Assembly: GCA_043228905.1 (NCBI GenBank)
Contig: JBHGNT010000008.1
Span: forward strand, 15,748,001 to 15,812,000
Source: Azolla caroliniana
Taxonomy: Eukaryota; Plantae; Polypodiophyta
Direction of reading: 5' to 3'
Length of the DNA: 64,000 nucleotides
Shown here piece after piece: positions 37,301-49,878 of this stretch. Position 1 is the first letter of the stretch. Each line of letters opens with the position of its first letter. The notes below the pieces were generated by a model. It was not told the DNA's origin and ran no database searches. It saw only the letters and a list, made by a program, of their open reading frames with translations. The position numbers and the translations under genes were made by a program.

Positions 37301-39051
37301 TGCGGAAAAGGACGACCCGGGACAGGGTCAGGAAGACAAAACGGCGGTCTACGGAGGATCCTTCACACCGGTTCTAGAGACTTCAGCAGTCGGCAACGCG
37401 GTCGACGTAAGACAGAGATACTGACGCTGGCGGCGAGGTGACGAAGGCAATGGGCGTAAGGAAGTCCGGTCCTACAGGATCTCCACACTTAACCAGAGAC
37501 TCCGGTAGTTCGGCCAACGTGGCAACATGAGACCGAGAGAGAAGGATGGTGGCGGCGGGAAACGGGACCCAACTAAGCGGAAGACACGAGGAGAGTCCAG
37601 GAGGGACTCAAACAAAAGGCACCCGAATTTCGGCAAGCATAGAAACGGAGTCCGGTCCTATGGGACCCTCACACTGATCCGGAGACTCCGGCAGTTCGGC
37701 CAACGTGGCAACGTGAGACCGAGGGAGAAGGACGGTGGCGGCAGGGAACGGGACCCGACGACACGAGGTTTCGGAAGGAGCCGGTAGGGGCAAACACGGG
37801 GAGGTGTGTCGGGCCGGAAATGCACACCTAGGACGGAATAAGAGTCTCGCAAGTGGCCGTCGCGGGCCGGATCAAAGCGTGACTAAGGGACGGTGTTCGG
37901 CACGGGTGGTGCCGAACGAAGGAAGCGACAGACGGCACAAGAGAAGTGCCAGGAACGAGGTGACAAGTGCCTAGTGGACTGCAAAGGGTCGGAGTCAGGG
38001 GATGGCAAGAGAGGGCGAAGGAGGATCCTCCACACTCGCTTCGTAGATCTCGATAGCTCCGTCGAAGTAGCGAAGACTGACACGGCAAGCCGGGGTGACA
38101 AGCTGGTGGGGGCGAGGGGACGACGGCAAACGAAAGACTAAGAACCTGTTGTAGCAGCACGAAGACGGGAAGGGCCAAGCGGGCCGCTATGAGCATTCCT
38201 CAAGCGGAGGACATCGGGCATACGGCGGGAAGCGGGGCGTTCATACGGTCGAACAAACGCGACAACGGAAGTACGCGTACTACGGAGATCACGGCAGAGG
38301 ACCCATCGACGGGTCGAACGAGCCTACGGGGAGTTAAGCGCGAAGGAAGAATCGAAGCCGACGGATCAAACCGGCAGCGAGCCGGGATGCGGATCACGGA
38401 AGACCGGTTTCTCGCCAGCCGAAATCTCTCACCTTTCAACCAGTTTTGGCACGTACCAGTGGACGTGCAGTTAGGTGGGGGCGGATGTCGTGAAGAATTT
38501 CGGCTAGAGGCGGAAACCGGGAAACATTGGCTACCTCAGCGGGGTGCAGCGTGTGTACGCACCCATGTACATTTAGTGTGAATAACGAGGGGCCTTTATG
38601 GCGCCGAAGAGTAGTCAAGTCGGGACAAACGATCCCATGTAAGTCGGGATTTCTCCCACATTGTAACGCATCCCTTTCCTTGTTCTATAAAAGGAAGGGA
38701 ACGCCCTTTGTGAAAGGGTTGCCCATTTTGCTTTAGAGGGTATACCGTTAGGTTTAGAGTTAGTTTCTTCTTCTTCTTCTTCTTCTCCTTCGTGTTCGCT
38801 TAGGGTTTGCTTCAGCTCATCTCCTGCGCAAGACCCCGCTCGGTGCGACGAGCCCATGAGCTCCCCGACGGCGGCTTGGTAGCTGACGACTACTGTAACC
38901 TGCCTTGGAACGGCTCGAAGCCGGGAATGTATTCTTCTTTTTATATACATAAATACGTTTGCGGTTGTCTGTGTATATTCGCATCTTCGTTGGTGTCGGG
39001 TGCTTCCCCTTTCCTGCACTTCCTGTACTTAAGGGTGTGAGTCGGGTTGGC

Positions 39052-39102
<51 letters not shown>

Positions 39103-39350
39103 TGAGTGTGCCTGAGTCGGTGTTAAGTGTGCGCTCTCTCTCTCTCTCTCTCCCTTCGGTTGCTTCCGGTGTGCTTCTGGGATGCCCCGGAAACGGTGAA
39201 GCACGACTTCCTACGCTCCATCACTCCCTAGTCCAAGACCCCCGTGGTCCCGCCTTTCTCCACGCACGCGCGTAACAACGCGACAACGTTGTTTGTTGTA
39301 CACAGTCGTAAGATCTGAACAGACGCATCCGCATAAACGTAAGATCATCA
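34310..39350. mobile_element. Solo-LTR-like unit G (about 440 bp; 34310-34687 plus 39290-39350) split by element D
   Basis: Terminal 8-bp inverted repeat TGATGATC...GATCATCA, TATA-like motifs inside, flanks do not form a TSD. Confidence 0.6.
34688..39285 (+). mobile_element. Non-autonomous Gypsy element D (gag fragment plus GC-rich repetitive interior)
   Basis: LTRs 34688-35465 and 38486-39285. 4-bp TSD ACGT. PBS TGGTGAACCCGACATGA (tRNA-Trp type) at 35470. PPT AGGTGGGGGCGGA. Gag-like fragment RFNGDKVPSFLEAY at about 35503-36130. No pol motifs seen. Confidence 0.9.
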
Positions 39351-42300
39351 ACGCCGCCCAAACAAAGCAGCCCGGAAGAAAAGACGATTGATGACGACAT
39401 CATCGAAGAACTACTGAAAAAGTTCGAGATGGTCACGCTAGCCAACATGAATTGTCGAGGCCCCAAAGGAAAAGAACCCTTTAGATGCGTGCGGTGCGAT
39501 AGCATGGACCACATGAGAAGGGATTGTGTAAGCCTTCGAGATGTCATTCGACAAAATATCGTATACATGGATGACAACATGATCTGCTCGAGTGAGACTA
39601 AAGGACTCCTACGAGTGAATTTTGGAAGAGGGGGAATGAAGAAAGTTATGGAGGATGCTGAGGCGACTCATGTGGATGCGATGCACTATGTTGCGTTGGC
39701 CGGAATAAGAGTTGGGAAAGACAAAACTGAAGTTGCGAAAGCGGGAGCAAAGTTTTGGTCTATCGTTCTTGAGTATGAGAACAAGGGAAAGGTCACTCCC
39801 AACGAGGTAGAGCTTGTGGACCGAAGTGTGCAAAGCATAACCGGATGGTCAGATCCTGTGGATGACAAGGAAGTGATGTGCGACAACCACGAGGTGTTTG
39901 TCGAACAAAAGAGAAAAGAATAGAAGAGCAAGGCCCATCGAAAAGACATGAAACAGGGAACGCGTAAAAGAAGGAAAATGCGGAAACGAGTCGAGCTTTA
40001 CAAACGGAGGGACGAGAATCAAACCGAAAAGGGGAGTCAAGCAAACGAGTCGAAGAAACCATTCAGCATGTGAAGGTTGGCCGCTCGGAAGACAAGAACT
40101 ATGCCTACCTATAAGCTAAGGTCGGACATAGAGCAGACTACAGATCTGAAGAAGATTCTCGAGGAACGTGTTCTCGATAGCCACGTGACCTTGTCCTTGA
40201 GGGAATTGCTCGGCATTAAGAAGAAGGAGTTCCATGATACGATCATGGACCTTGTGAAGAGAAAAAGGCAACAGTCGGACGAGGAAGAAGAGAAGTCGTT
40301 AAAAGCAAAAACAAATGCCATAACTATGGCAAGGGATGAAGTCGATGAAGATTTGGTGGACAACCACTATACTTGACCTCATTGGGCATGAGCGACAACG
40401 GAGACGCCAGTGAAGATCGGGGAGAAGAAAGAGACCGTGGTAGCCTTGATCGACCATGGCTTGGAGATCAACCTCATGTCGACCGACTTCTACAAAAATG
40501 GAAGATGGCCAATTAATACAAACCACGGATGGAAGATTCAAGCGGCAACAAAGGTGACAGAAGACTTATACGAAGCTTATCCAAATGTTAAAGTCACGAT
40601 CAGGGATGTGAAGATGGATCAACACTTCTTTGTACAAGAATCGGCTTCGCATCCTGTCATCCTAGAACAACAATATATCACATCATCCCGGATGGAGACC
40701 AAGGTGTTCGATAATGGAGCAACCTTTGTGCGAATCAAGATTCTTGACAATCAAAGATCTGTTCAATTCCTGACGGTGCGAGCTAATCATGAAAGAAATC
40801 GAGATAGTCTTGGAGGCGAAACCTCGGATTTTTAGAGCGGACTATTGAAGCATGGGGCACAAATAGTCCGAGAGATCAAAAGTCCCCACAAGAAGGTAGA
40901 GCGCGTGGATTGCAAGGAGAAGCAACATGTGTCACACCTAGTGGCGCATGTAAACTAGTACTACCCAACAAGAAGGACAAGCGTTGGATACAAGTTTTCG
41001 AGAAGATGCTGAAAGAAGAAAACATAATAGAAGAAGAAGAGTTTGTGACTCATATTATGGAAGAAGCCTCATTTAACAACACCATCGGCGAAATCGAGGA
41101 CGTCGTGGACTTGAGCTATCTTCACGATCGACACATGGTTTCGGTTAACTCCATTAACATGTACGCTATCATCGATGACTATCATCGAAGCATCTTGATG
41201 AAGGAAGCTAACATCAACACAATATAAAACAGTGGATTGGAAGATCAAGCCAGTTACGGTTCCGCTACCGGAAGATAGCTGGCAAAAGATGAAGGAAGTT
41301 GTTAACGATCCAAGCCTAAGAGATCCAAAGGCAATAGGTCATGTCTTCACCGAAGAGATGAAAGGAAAGCTATGAGTTGGAAGGGAGGATTTCCTCCTCC
41401 CTGAAGAGGAGCAAATGTTTTGCGACATGCTTGAGAGACATGGGAAGGCTTTCGCATTTTTCCCACAAGAAATTGGATGTGCTGATCCAAGGACAATAGA
41501 GCCAATGGTAATCTTCACGGTACCGCACGTGCCTTGGAATTTGAAACCGATACCGGTTCCGAGAGCACACCTACTGAAGCTGATCGAGCTCTTAAAGGAG
41601 AAGGTGGATATGGGAATTTTGGAACCGCCGAATGCTCCCTATTCTAATAGGTGGTTCACGGTGCCGAAGAAGAATGGATCATTGCGATTCATCCAAGATC
41701 TTCAACACGTCAACAAGGTGACAATTTGGAATGCTAGAATCGGACTAGGTGTGGATGAATTTGCCAAAGCGTTTGCGGGCCGGTTCATCTACTCTATTGG
41801 CGATCTCTACTCCGGGTATGACCAATTCCAGTTGGCAATCAATAGTCGTGACATTACGACCATGACGACTCCGATTGGGCTCATGCGGATGTGTACCTTA
41901 CCTCAAGGTGCAACGAACTCGGTGGCTCATATGGTGAATGCCATGAACAAGGTCTTGAAGGACTGCATCCCGGACATCACGATGCCATTCTTGGATGATA
42001 TTTCGATAAAAGGATGTTTGGATGAGGAGAAAGATGAATTGAAAGATAAGGAAGGGTGTAGAAAGTTCCTCACGGATCATATGAAAGATTACGAGAAGGT
42101 GCTTCAAAGGCTCGAAGACGCGAATTTCACATTTTCGGGAGAAAAGTCCGCATTCGGGCAACCGGAGATCTTGGTGGTAGGTCACTTGTGTTGAGCATAC
42201 GGCCGGAAGCCTTCGCCATCCAAGGTGAACGTGATCCAAGACATGAAAGAAGAATGCGTAAACCAAACGGAGGTTCGAAGGTTCCTTGGAGCATGCGCGT

Positions 42301-45300
42301 TTTATCATATCTGGATTCTACACTACACTCATGTCGTCGAGCCATTATATGAACTACTAAAGAAAAGAATGAAGTTCGAATAGAGAAGCGAGCATACTAA
42401 CGCGATGCGAAGATTGAAGAAACTACTTCTTGAAGCTCCAGCACTAAGAAAGGCCGACTATACCGGAGGGAAGCCGATTTATGTGACTGTAGATACGAGC
42501 CCAACCGGAATCGGGTGGGTCATCAATCAAGAAGGAGAAGAAAATGCGCGGTATGTCATCCAATTTGGAGCAAAGGTTCTCAGGGAACAACAATGAGGAT
42601 ACGCCCAAGTGAAGCGGGAACTTTGGGGTATTGTGTCGGTAGTGAAGACGGACAAAGACTACCTGATCAGGTCGGAAGTGATAATTGAGACAGATTGTCT
42701 CTCAATCCTTGGGTTGATCTCAGGATGTGCGACACCAGATCTGGTTATGCTAAGATGGATCGCTTATATTAAATGTTTAAACCCAGAGATCCGCCACATT
42801 GCAGGAAAGAAGAACACCATGGCTGACATGTTGTCCAGGGCAAGATTTGAGAATGAAGGTGACATGGTTTCAGAAGATGAAGACGTCACCCTGGGCTTCT
42901 TCAAGATGGCTCGACTATTGGCGAAAGAGAAGGGCACGCTAACCCTCCACGCCTTCAATGAGGACGAGTACGAAGGGGAGTGGTTACTAATCGGTTGATT
43001 CCTAAGAACAATGACAACGGATGCTTCGTTGACAAAGGAGGAGGCCCTACGAATCCGAAAGAAAGCTTACCAATACTTCTTGAAGGGAGGATTCCTTTGG
43101 CGACACCCAAAAAGAAGGATAGGAATACCATGTCGAGTGGTGGTGAAGAAAGAAGAGCAAGTGATGCAAATGACCGAATTCCACGAGAGTGCCTGGTCAG
43201 GTCATAGAGGAACATGGGTGACGTTCGAGAAGTTGAAGGAGAAGTACTGGTGGCCAAGAATGTACAAAGATGTACTCCATTTCGTGTCCACATGCAAAAC
43301 ATGCCAAGTACATTCGAATATACGTCATCGTGATGAGCTACGACCGACATACCCGCTCACCATACACTTCAAATGGATGGTGGATCTAGTCTCAATGCCA
43401 ATGGGAGTGGGACAAATGAAGTACTTAGCTCTAGCAAGAGAAGACTTGACAAATCAAGTGGAAGGACGGGCCTTGACAAATAAGACGACGTCGGCAGTTT
43501 GCAAATTTCTACTCGAAGAGGTTGTCTGCCGATACGGATGTGTGGGAAAGATAGTGGCCGACCGAGGGGAGTTGGATGCACACGAAGCAATGGAGCTTTT
43601 TGAACGACTAGGTGTGAAGCTCTCCCTCATGATTGCCTACAATCCAGAAGTGAATGGGAAGATCAAGCGAGGGCATGGACCTATCGTCAAAGCCATTGTA
43701 CAAGCATGCAACGATCGAGTCGGGAATTGGCCACGACTATTGCCCTATGCCTTGTGGGCTAACAGAACGACACACAACTCGGTGTTAAGGTATATGCCAA
43801 CGGATCTTATGTATGGACAAAAGCCGGTAATGCCCATCGAAAGGACGATTGTCTCATGGGTAGTGATACCATGGGAGAACGAGATGAGCCAAGAAGAGTT
43901 ATTAGCGGCACGGATAAGGCAACTTGAAAGAAGACCTGAAGATCTAGAAAAAGCGTGAAAGATGATGGAGGCAGCCCGAGTGAAGAACAAAATTCGATTC
44001 GACAAGACGCATCGACTGCGTCCCAAGAAGATCGAAGAAGGAGATTGGGTATTGGTCTACGACAGCAGCCTTGACAATCAACAGAGTACAACAAGAAAGT
44101 TCGCAAGAAGATGGTTCGGACCATATGTGGTGACAAGTGCCAACGATAATGCCACACCCATTGCAGGGAAAGACGGATCAAGGTTGGCCGTACCCATTGC
44201 GGTGAAAAGAGTAAAGATTTTCAAGAAAAGACAAGATGAGGATCCTGACCTCGATCACCTCGATGATGAAGATAATAGGACAGATGTGAATGAGGACGTA
44301 GAAGAATCTGATTGATCATCGTAGCTGAAATCTCGCACTCTCTCTTTTTGGCACGTACCGGAGGACGTGCAATTTGTTGGGGGTGGATGTTGTGAAGATT
44401 TTCGGCGATAGTGTAAAACTTGTGAGGAACATACGAAATCAAGTGTGGTTCTTCTCACGAAATATAAAACAATAATAGTGAAGATACTATTTTAAATAAG
44501 TTTAATATCTTGGTACAAAAAGATGGAGGTCTTGAAGAGCTTTTGAATGCACTTTGCTACATAACAAACGGTCATCTAAGTGTAAAGTTATATGGGTATG
44601 AAGTTGTGAAAAAAGAAAAGAAAAGAAAAGAAAAACAAACCTATGAGATGTGCCACATAGATAGGACAAACAAGGATCCTACAATATATAAAGCAAAGCC
44701 AAAAGCTATTATTTTGTGTCTATGTGTGGAGCATAAAGAGTTCAAGGAGACTTGAACTAAGTTAATCAAATGAATGGGTGTGGCCTAGCTACTTGCAAAG
44801 GTTTTGGCCAACCAAAACCGGACCGGCGGCAACCGGCATCCGGCCGCCGGCGAGGCAGTGACGGAACCGGATCGAGATGCGGCAACCGGCTGGTGACGGA
44901 ACCGGCTAGGGATGCGGACCAAACGGGTGCAAATTGGACGGATCAGTTGATCGCGGTACATGGTGTCTTAGAAATATTTGGTGCAATTACAAGACCAAAA
45001 GCCTAATAGTATTTTGTGCTTAAAAAAGGGGTGTATGCAAGACTTGAACATTGCACCTCCAAGTTGAGAGTTTATAGGCTTACCACTATGCTTTTACATG
45101 TAATTCTCATACATGAGAGCTTAGATGATGACATGGCAAGCATGCATTTCATGCATGTCTTGCACCCTCACATGCACCATATGCATGGGGGCATTTATAA
45201 AAGAGTGGAGGAATCAAGAAAGTGTGGACTAAGGTAAAAAAAATTGGAATGTAATTTTTGGGGGAAAATAATAAGAAAACTCATTATCCTATTGATATAT

Positions 45301-45473
45301 CTTGTCTCTCAAATCTAAAGTCAAGCGTTCAATCTTTATCTTAATCTCTCTCTCTCTTTTAATCTATCTTAAATACTTTCTCACTAAAGCTAGTGCAAAC
45401 TTCGAATCCTTCTTGTCCAGGACCCCGGTGGTTCCGCCTCACGATCCGCACCTAGTGACGGATCTTCACGACA
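39351..45473 (+). mobile_element. Gypsy element E (Ylt1-like motifs), 5' end missing, pseudogenised gag-pol and 1.09-kb 3' LTR
   Basis: Knuckle CVRCDSMDHMRRDC. Protease LIDHGLEINLM. RT YSNRWFTVPKKNGSLRFIQDL, DLYSGYDQF, PQGATNS, FLDD. RNase H VDTSPTGIG. Integrase HESAWSGH...CKTC, ADRGE. 3' LTR 44388-45473 (TGTTGTGAAG...CTTCACGACA). Confidence 0.9.
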
Positions 45474-46879
45474 ACGTAACTGCCAATGTCACAATCTCGC
45501 ATCAAGTGAGCGAGGATTGAAAAAAAAAAACCAAATGCAAGTTTTCACGTGTAAATCCTCTCTTTTGTATACTAGAAACAGTGAGTCCTCTCTGTTTCTA
45601 GGTTTAGTGGAGGAAGGATACCTTTCACCAAAAGTCTATTTTCCCCAAAAATAGGCATGGAAAAAAAAGTTCACATAGAAACATGTACTAGATATTATCT
45701 TTGTTGAGTTCTTGAAAAATAGCATTCGCAGAGGGATAAAAACAGAGAAGTTGGATGCTTTCTGCCACACACAGTCTTCACGAAGTCCTGCGCTCTGATA
45801 CCACTGTTGGAGAGGAACGATGGAGGCGGACGAGCTGTTGTTTTTACCTACAAAGAAATGTTGAACAACACACACAGAAGACAGTACACAAAGAAATAGA
45901 AAAATACAAACACAACTTTTTGGGGGCACACCGAAACCCTCATTTCTATTGAGTTTTATACCTATACACTAATAGTGAGAAATTACCTTTTTGGCCTTTT
46001 CTCACTATCATTAACAAAGGGCGGTGTTGCCATTGATCTTAAGAGAAACCTCATTGGTAGTATGTAGCTTGGAACCTCACTGTTAGCTTAATCATTCTAC
46101 CTTGATTAACCTTATAATCATGCTTGTAATTATTTTGTGATAGCATTCAAAACTCTATTTAGCAAAAAGGGTATCTTGTAAAAGCTTATATTTTGGACTT
46201 TAACAGATGTAACTTTAATCTCATCCTAACCACTTCCGTGCTTTTGAAAGAGAGAGGGTGGACGGGAGGGAGGTTGATTCACATAGCTAGTGGAGTAAGC
46301 CCTGGGATCAAGGCGACCCTCAACTCTGACCAACCATCGATTGTAGCCTTCGACTCAAGTGAGCCTTCGAGTCTAGCGAGCCTTCGAGTCTAGTGAGCGC
46401 TTGACTTTAGTAAGCCTTCGATTCTAGCAAGCCTTGGGTCTAACGAGCCTTTGAGTCCAACGACCCCTCAACTCGAATAGAATCACCCAAAAACATTATT
46501 CACACTAAAAAAGGGAAGTTTATGTCTGATGACCCATGAAGGGGTTTTAAGTCTTCTCTCATGGCATCACACCTTCTCTAGTTTAGGTACCTATTTCACG
46601 CGAGTAGGACACGCACGCGCATTAATGAGACGTCACTACAACATGACCCCAAATGGCCCATGGAAATTTAACTTGCATGACCTACTACTCACTAGATTGT
46701 ATCATCTCTACCTTGAGATGGGTGTTGAGCACAAGGTAGACCTATTGTTCCTATCACAAAACATTAGTACAAGTAACAAGAAGAAAGACAAACAACAACA
46801 AGCATTACTTAATGAATTTTTATGTTGAGAAGACATGGAGATGAATAAATGTGAGTTTGGCCAATAGGTGGCATCAAGA

Positions 46880-47290
46880 AAAGGAGAGAACAACCTCATG
46901 ATGGTAAAATGTCAAATTGGAATAGTACATTGCAAATATTAAGCCCCAATATTGGTTTCAATACAAGGAAAAAAATGCCAAAACATATATGATCGCTTCT
47001 CACTACCCCCATGAGCCTTGACTATCAGAGAGCCTGAACACTTTTCTGAACTCGCTCACACAAGTTAGGTGTTGAGGTAGCAGCATGACATCATCACCCA
47101 AATATGAAGAAATGCAGGGTATGCAATGAAAACCTGATGGAGGATGAGTATCACTTAATTATCACATGCTCAACATAAAAGGTAAGTCGCAAGAAATATG
47201 ATGACTTGTTAGACAAGTATGATAATGTGATTATCATACTCAAATTTCCTCAAAGGGTGAACACATATGTGTGCCTTATTTTCACATCAA
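46880..47290 (+). mobile_element. Degraded 3' end of a non-LTR retrotransposon (RTE/L2-like C-terminal zinc finger)
   Basis: Broken frames read RTRSHKLGVEV...KCRVCNENLMEDEYHLIITCST, resembling the CxxC...H...C tail of LINE ORF2. Boundaries are approximate. Confidence 0.5.
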
Positions 47291-47387
47291 GATATTTTTA
47301 CTAGAGACTAATAACCCCCTTCTTAGGAAGGATTCGCATACAAGATGAGATGTTGATTTGGTTCCATAGGTAAATTTCAATCTCATC

Positions 47388-49827
47388 ATGGACAATAATT
47401 CATAATGCTCAATATGGGTTTTTAGCAAAAAGAGACATTTTACATAATATTTTAAATGTTCAAATGGCAATTGACTATGCAAAGGATTCGAAGCAAGAAT
47501 TGGTGTTGCTACAATTAGATATCGAGAAAGCCTATGATAATGTGGATTGGTTGTTTATAAATCAATTGATGTCTCATATGGGTTTTGGTGATCGTATGTC
47601 TAAGTTGATATACACATTAGGGAGGGGAGGGTTCAGTTTCACATGTGATGTTTAATGGAGGAGTAACACAACCGATTTCTATTCGGAGGTCAGTTAGACA
47701 AGGATACCCGGTAAGTCCTTTACTATTCACTATTGTGACACATCCTATTCTTGTTAAGTTACACAATATGGCTATGGAGGAAGAATTGCTTGGACTAAGG
47801 TTGCCATCAAGGAAGCCATGTATTGTTCAAGCTCTAGCAGATGACCATATTATGTTTTTGGCACCTAATCGGGAAAATATTAGTAAGACAAGAGATGTGT
47901 GGGAATTGTTTTCAAATGCTTCAGGGTTCAGAATTAATATACATAAATCTGTCCTCATTTCATGAACAGAACAAGATGTGTTGGGGTTGGGGTGGTTAGG
48001 AAGGATAGTACATCGTGGTATGATTTTTCATCACCTTGAATATCCAATTGGGGTGGAAGTTTCTCATGTGAAACTTATTCAGTGGGTGTCCAAAAATTTG
48101 GAGGATAAGTTTATGTATTGGAGGTCTCAAATTTGGCCTTTTCATGTATGACTTAAGGTGGCCCAATTGATTATGGTCTCTATGGTATCTTATTATCTTC
48201 CTTTGCTCCCATGGTCAAAGAAAGCTCTTGAAATATTGACACGCTCAATGCGAATGTTGTTATGGAAAAGAAAAGGGAAAAGTGCCTTGTCGTGGTTGGC
48301 ATGGGATCATATTTGTACTCTGAAGCGTCTTGGCGAGGCATCAATATTAAATCTATATGAGCATATGGTGGCTCGCCAATTTACTTTCATTCTATTTATG
48401 TTTGAAGGTGTACAACCTTGGACAGAAATGGTGGCATACTTTATAGAGAAGAACGGAATAAAGCTTGGAAACATGAAGGTTGAAGCAAATTGGTGGAATG
48501 TAATTAATTCTGATAGGGATGTCAAATGTGCAGGGTCTATGATAGTTGATCATTTGTTGACATCATGGCAAAGTATGTTAGATTTTGTGGAATGGCATCC
48601 CCCACAAGAAAGGGGATGTGCCAATTCATTACAAATGGAGGTTTTGGCGACATCAAGGTTATTGAAGTGGGAAGGTAAGCAAATTTTTAACCTTCAATTT
48701 AATCGGATGGCTAGATTGGGTTTGGTAACAATTAAGGATGCTATGTTGGTGTCACAAAAAAGATTAATGGCTTTTCGAACAATCAAATCAACATTTCGTA
48801 TTCCAAAAGGTTATACCTTTATTTGGGATAAGTTGCAACAAATACTATCTTCGTATGAGCCAATTCCTTATTTAGATGGACGATCTCAAGAGCTTGATTG
48901 GAGGTTTGTTGGAAATAAGAGATTGACTATGATCTCAACAAATGTTGCTTATCACACATTGATTAACAAACATAAGTGGTTGGAAGGAAGGGTTATAAAG
49001 ATATGGGGGTTTCATAAGCCCATTACTTGGTGGCTTCATGTGATCAAGGCAGGTTGGTGTTCTCGATTAATGCTATGAGCCAAGGTATTTGTTTCGAGAG
49101 TTATGATTGGAGTTTTACCATTGGGGGATGCATTAAAAAAAAAGAAACATTACTAAAGGATTGTGTTTCTTTTGTTCGGTAGAATTGGAACATAGTAGGC
49201 ATCGATTTATTTCCTGATGAGCCAAGGTATTTGTTTCGAGAGTTATGATTGGAGTTTTACCATTGGGGGATGCATTAAAAAAAAAGAAACATTACTAAAG
49301 GATTGTGTTTCTTTTGTTCGGTAGAATTGGAACATAGTAGGCATCGATTTATTTCCTGCCCGATGGCAAGGATGGTTTGGAGGTGTATCATTTTAGTGTG
49401 GATGTCTCTAACCAGAGTACGTCTATCTTCCTTCAATTGGGTTTTTGCACATATGGAGAACAATGAACCAAGGCCTCATTCTCAAATTATTTTTGAGTTC
49501 TTGAGGTATTGGGGGCTATGGTTCAATTGGAATATGCGGAATGCCTTCATTTTTTATTCGCAAGTGGGGGTGAGAAAATATGTTCTAAAGTTAAAAAGAC
49601 TTATTTTGTGGCAATTGACAGTGCTAGAGAAGTCACGAAATCTCAACCAGGAAGAGAGAGAACTCTGCCAGGTCACATATCATCATATTCGCCATTTGAA
49701 TGGGTGTGTAGGGTGGCATTGAATTTGGTGTCGTAGTTTTCTTTAGATCCCTAGATAGAAGGGGTTCTATAGTTTGTTGTAAGTTAATCATGGTGGTGTT
49801 TTTTCTTTCGTAATGAAAGCCATTATT

Positions 49828-49830
<3 letters not shown>
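47388..49830 (+). mobile_element. 5'-truncated L1-like LINE (RT plus zf-RVT), pseudogenised
   Basis: QYGFLAKRDILHNI, LQLDIEKAYDNVDW, SVRQGYPVSPLLF, ALADD, SGFRINIHKS, CFFC...HSRHRFISC. Ends at a (TC)n/(TA)n tract. Confidence 0.88.
49075..49358. repeat. 142-bp tandem duplication inside the LINE
   Basis: 49075-49216 is repeated at 49217-49358. Confidence 0.9.

Positions 49831-49878
<48 letters not shown>

Larger units (their letters stand above)
26041..46010 (-). mobile_element. Copia element A (minus strand), interior largely deleted, host of a 20-kb nest
   Basis: About 206-bp LTRs at 26041-26247 and 45805-46010. TSD TTAAC at 26036-26040 and 46011-46015. iMet PBS on the minus strand (GCTCTGATACCA at 45792-45803). 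RNase H remnant at 26369-26768 (GYIF...GGAISWRS...ALSTIEAEY...CDSQ...TKHI). Confidence 0.93.

Noticed and set aside
35956-38581. Many overlapping ORFs in the interior of element D
   Set aside because: GC-rich, internally duplicated sequence poor in stop codons; beyond the gag fragment no domain is recognisable.
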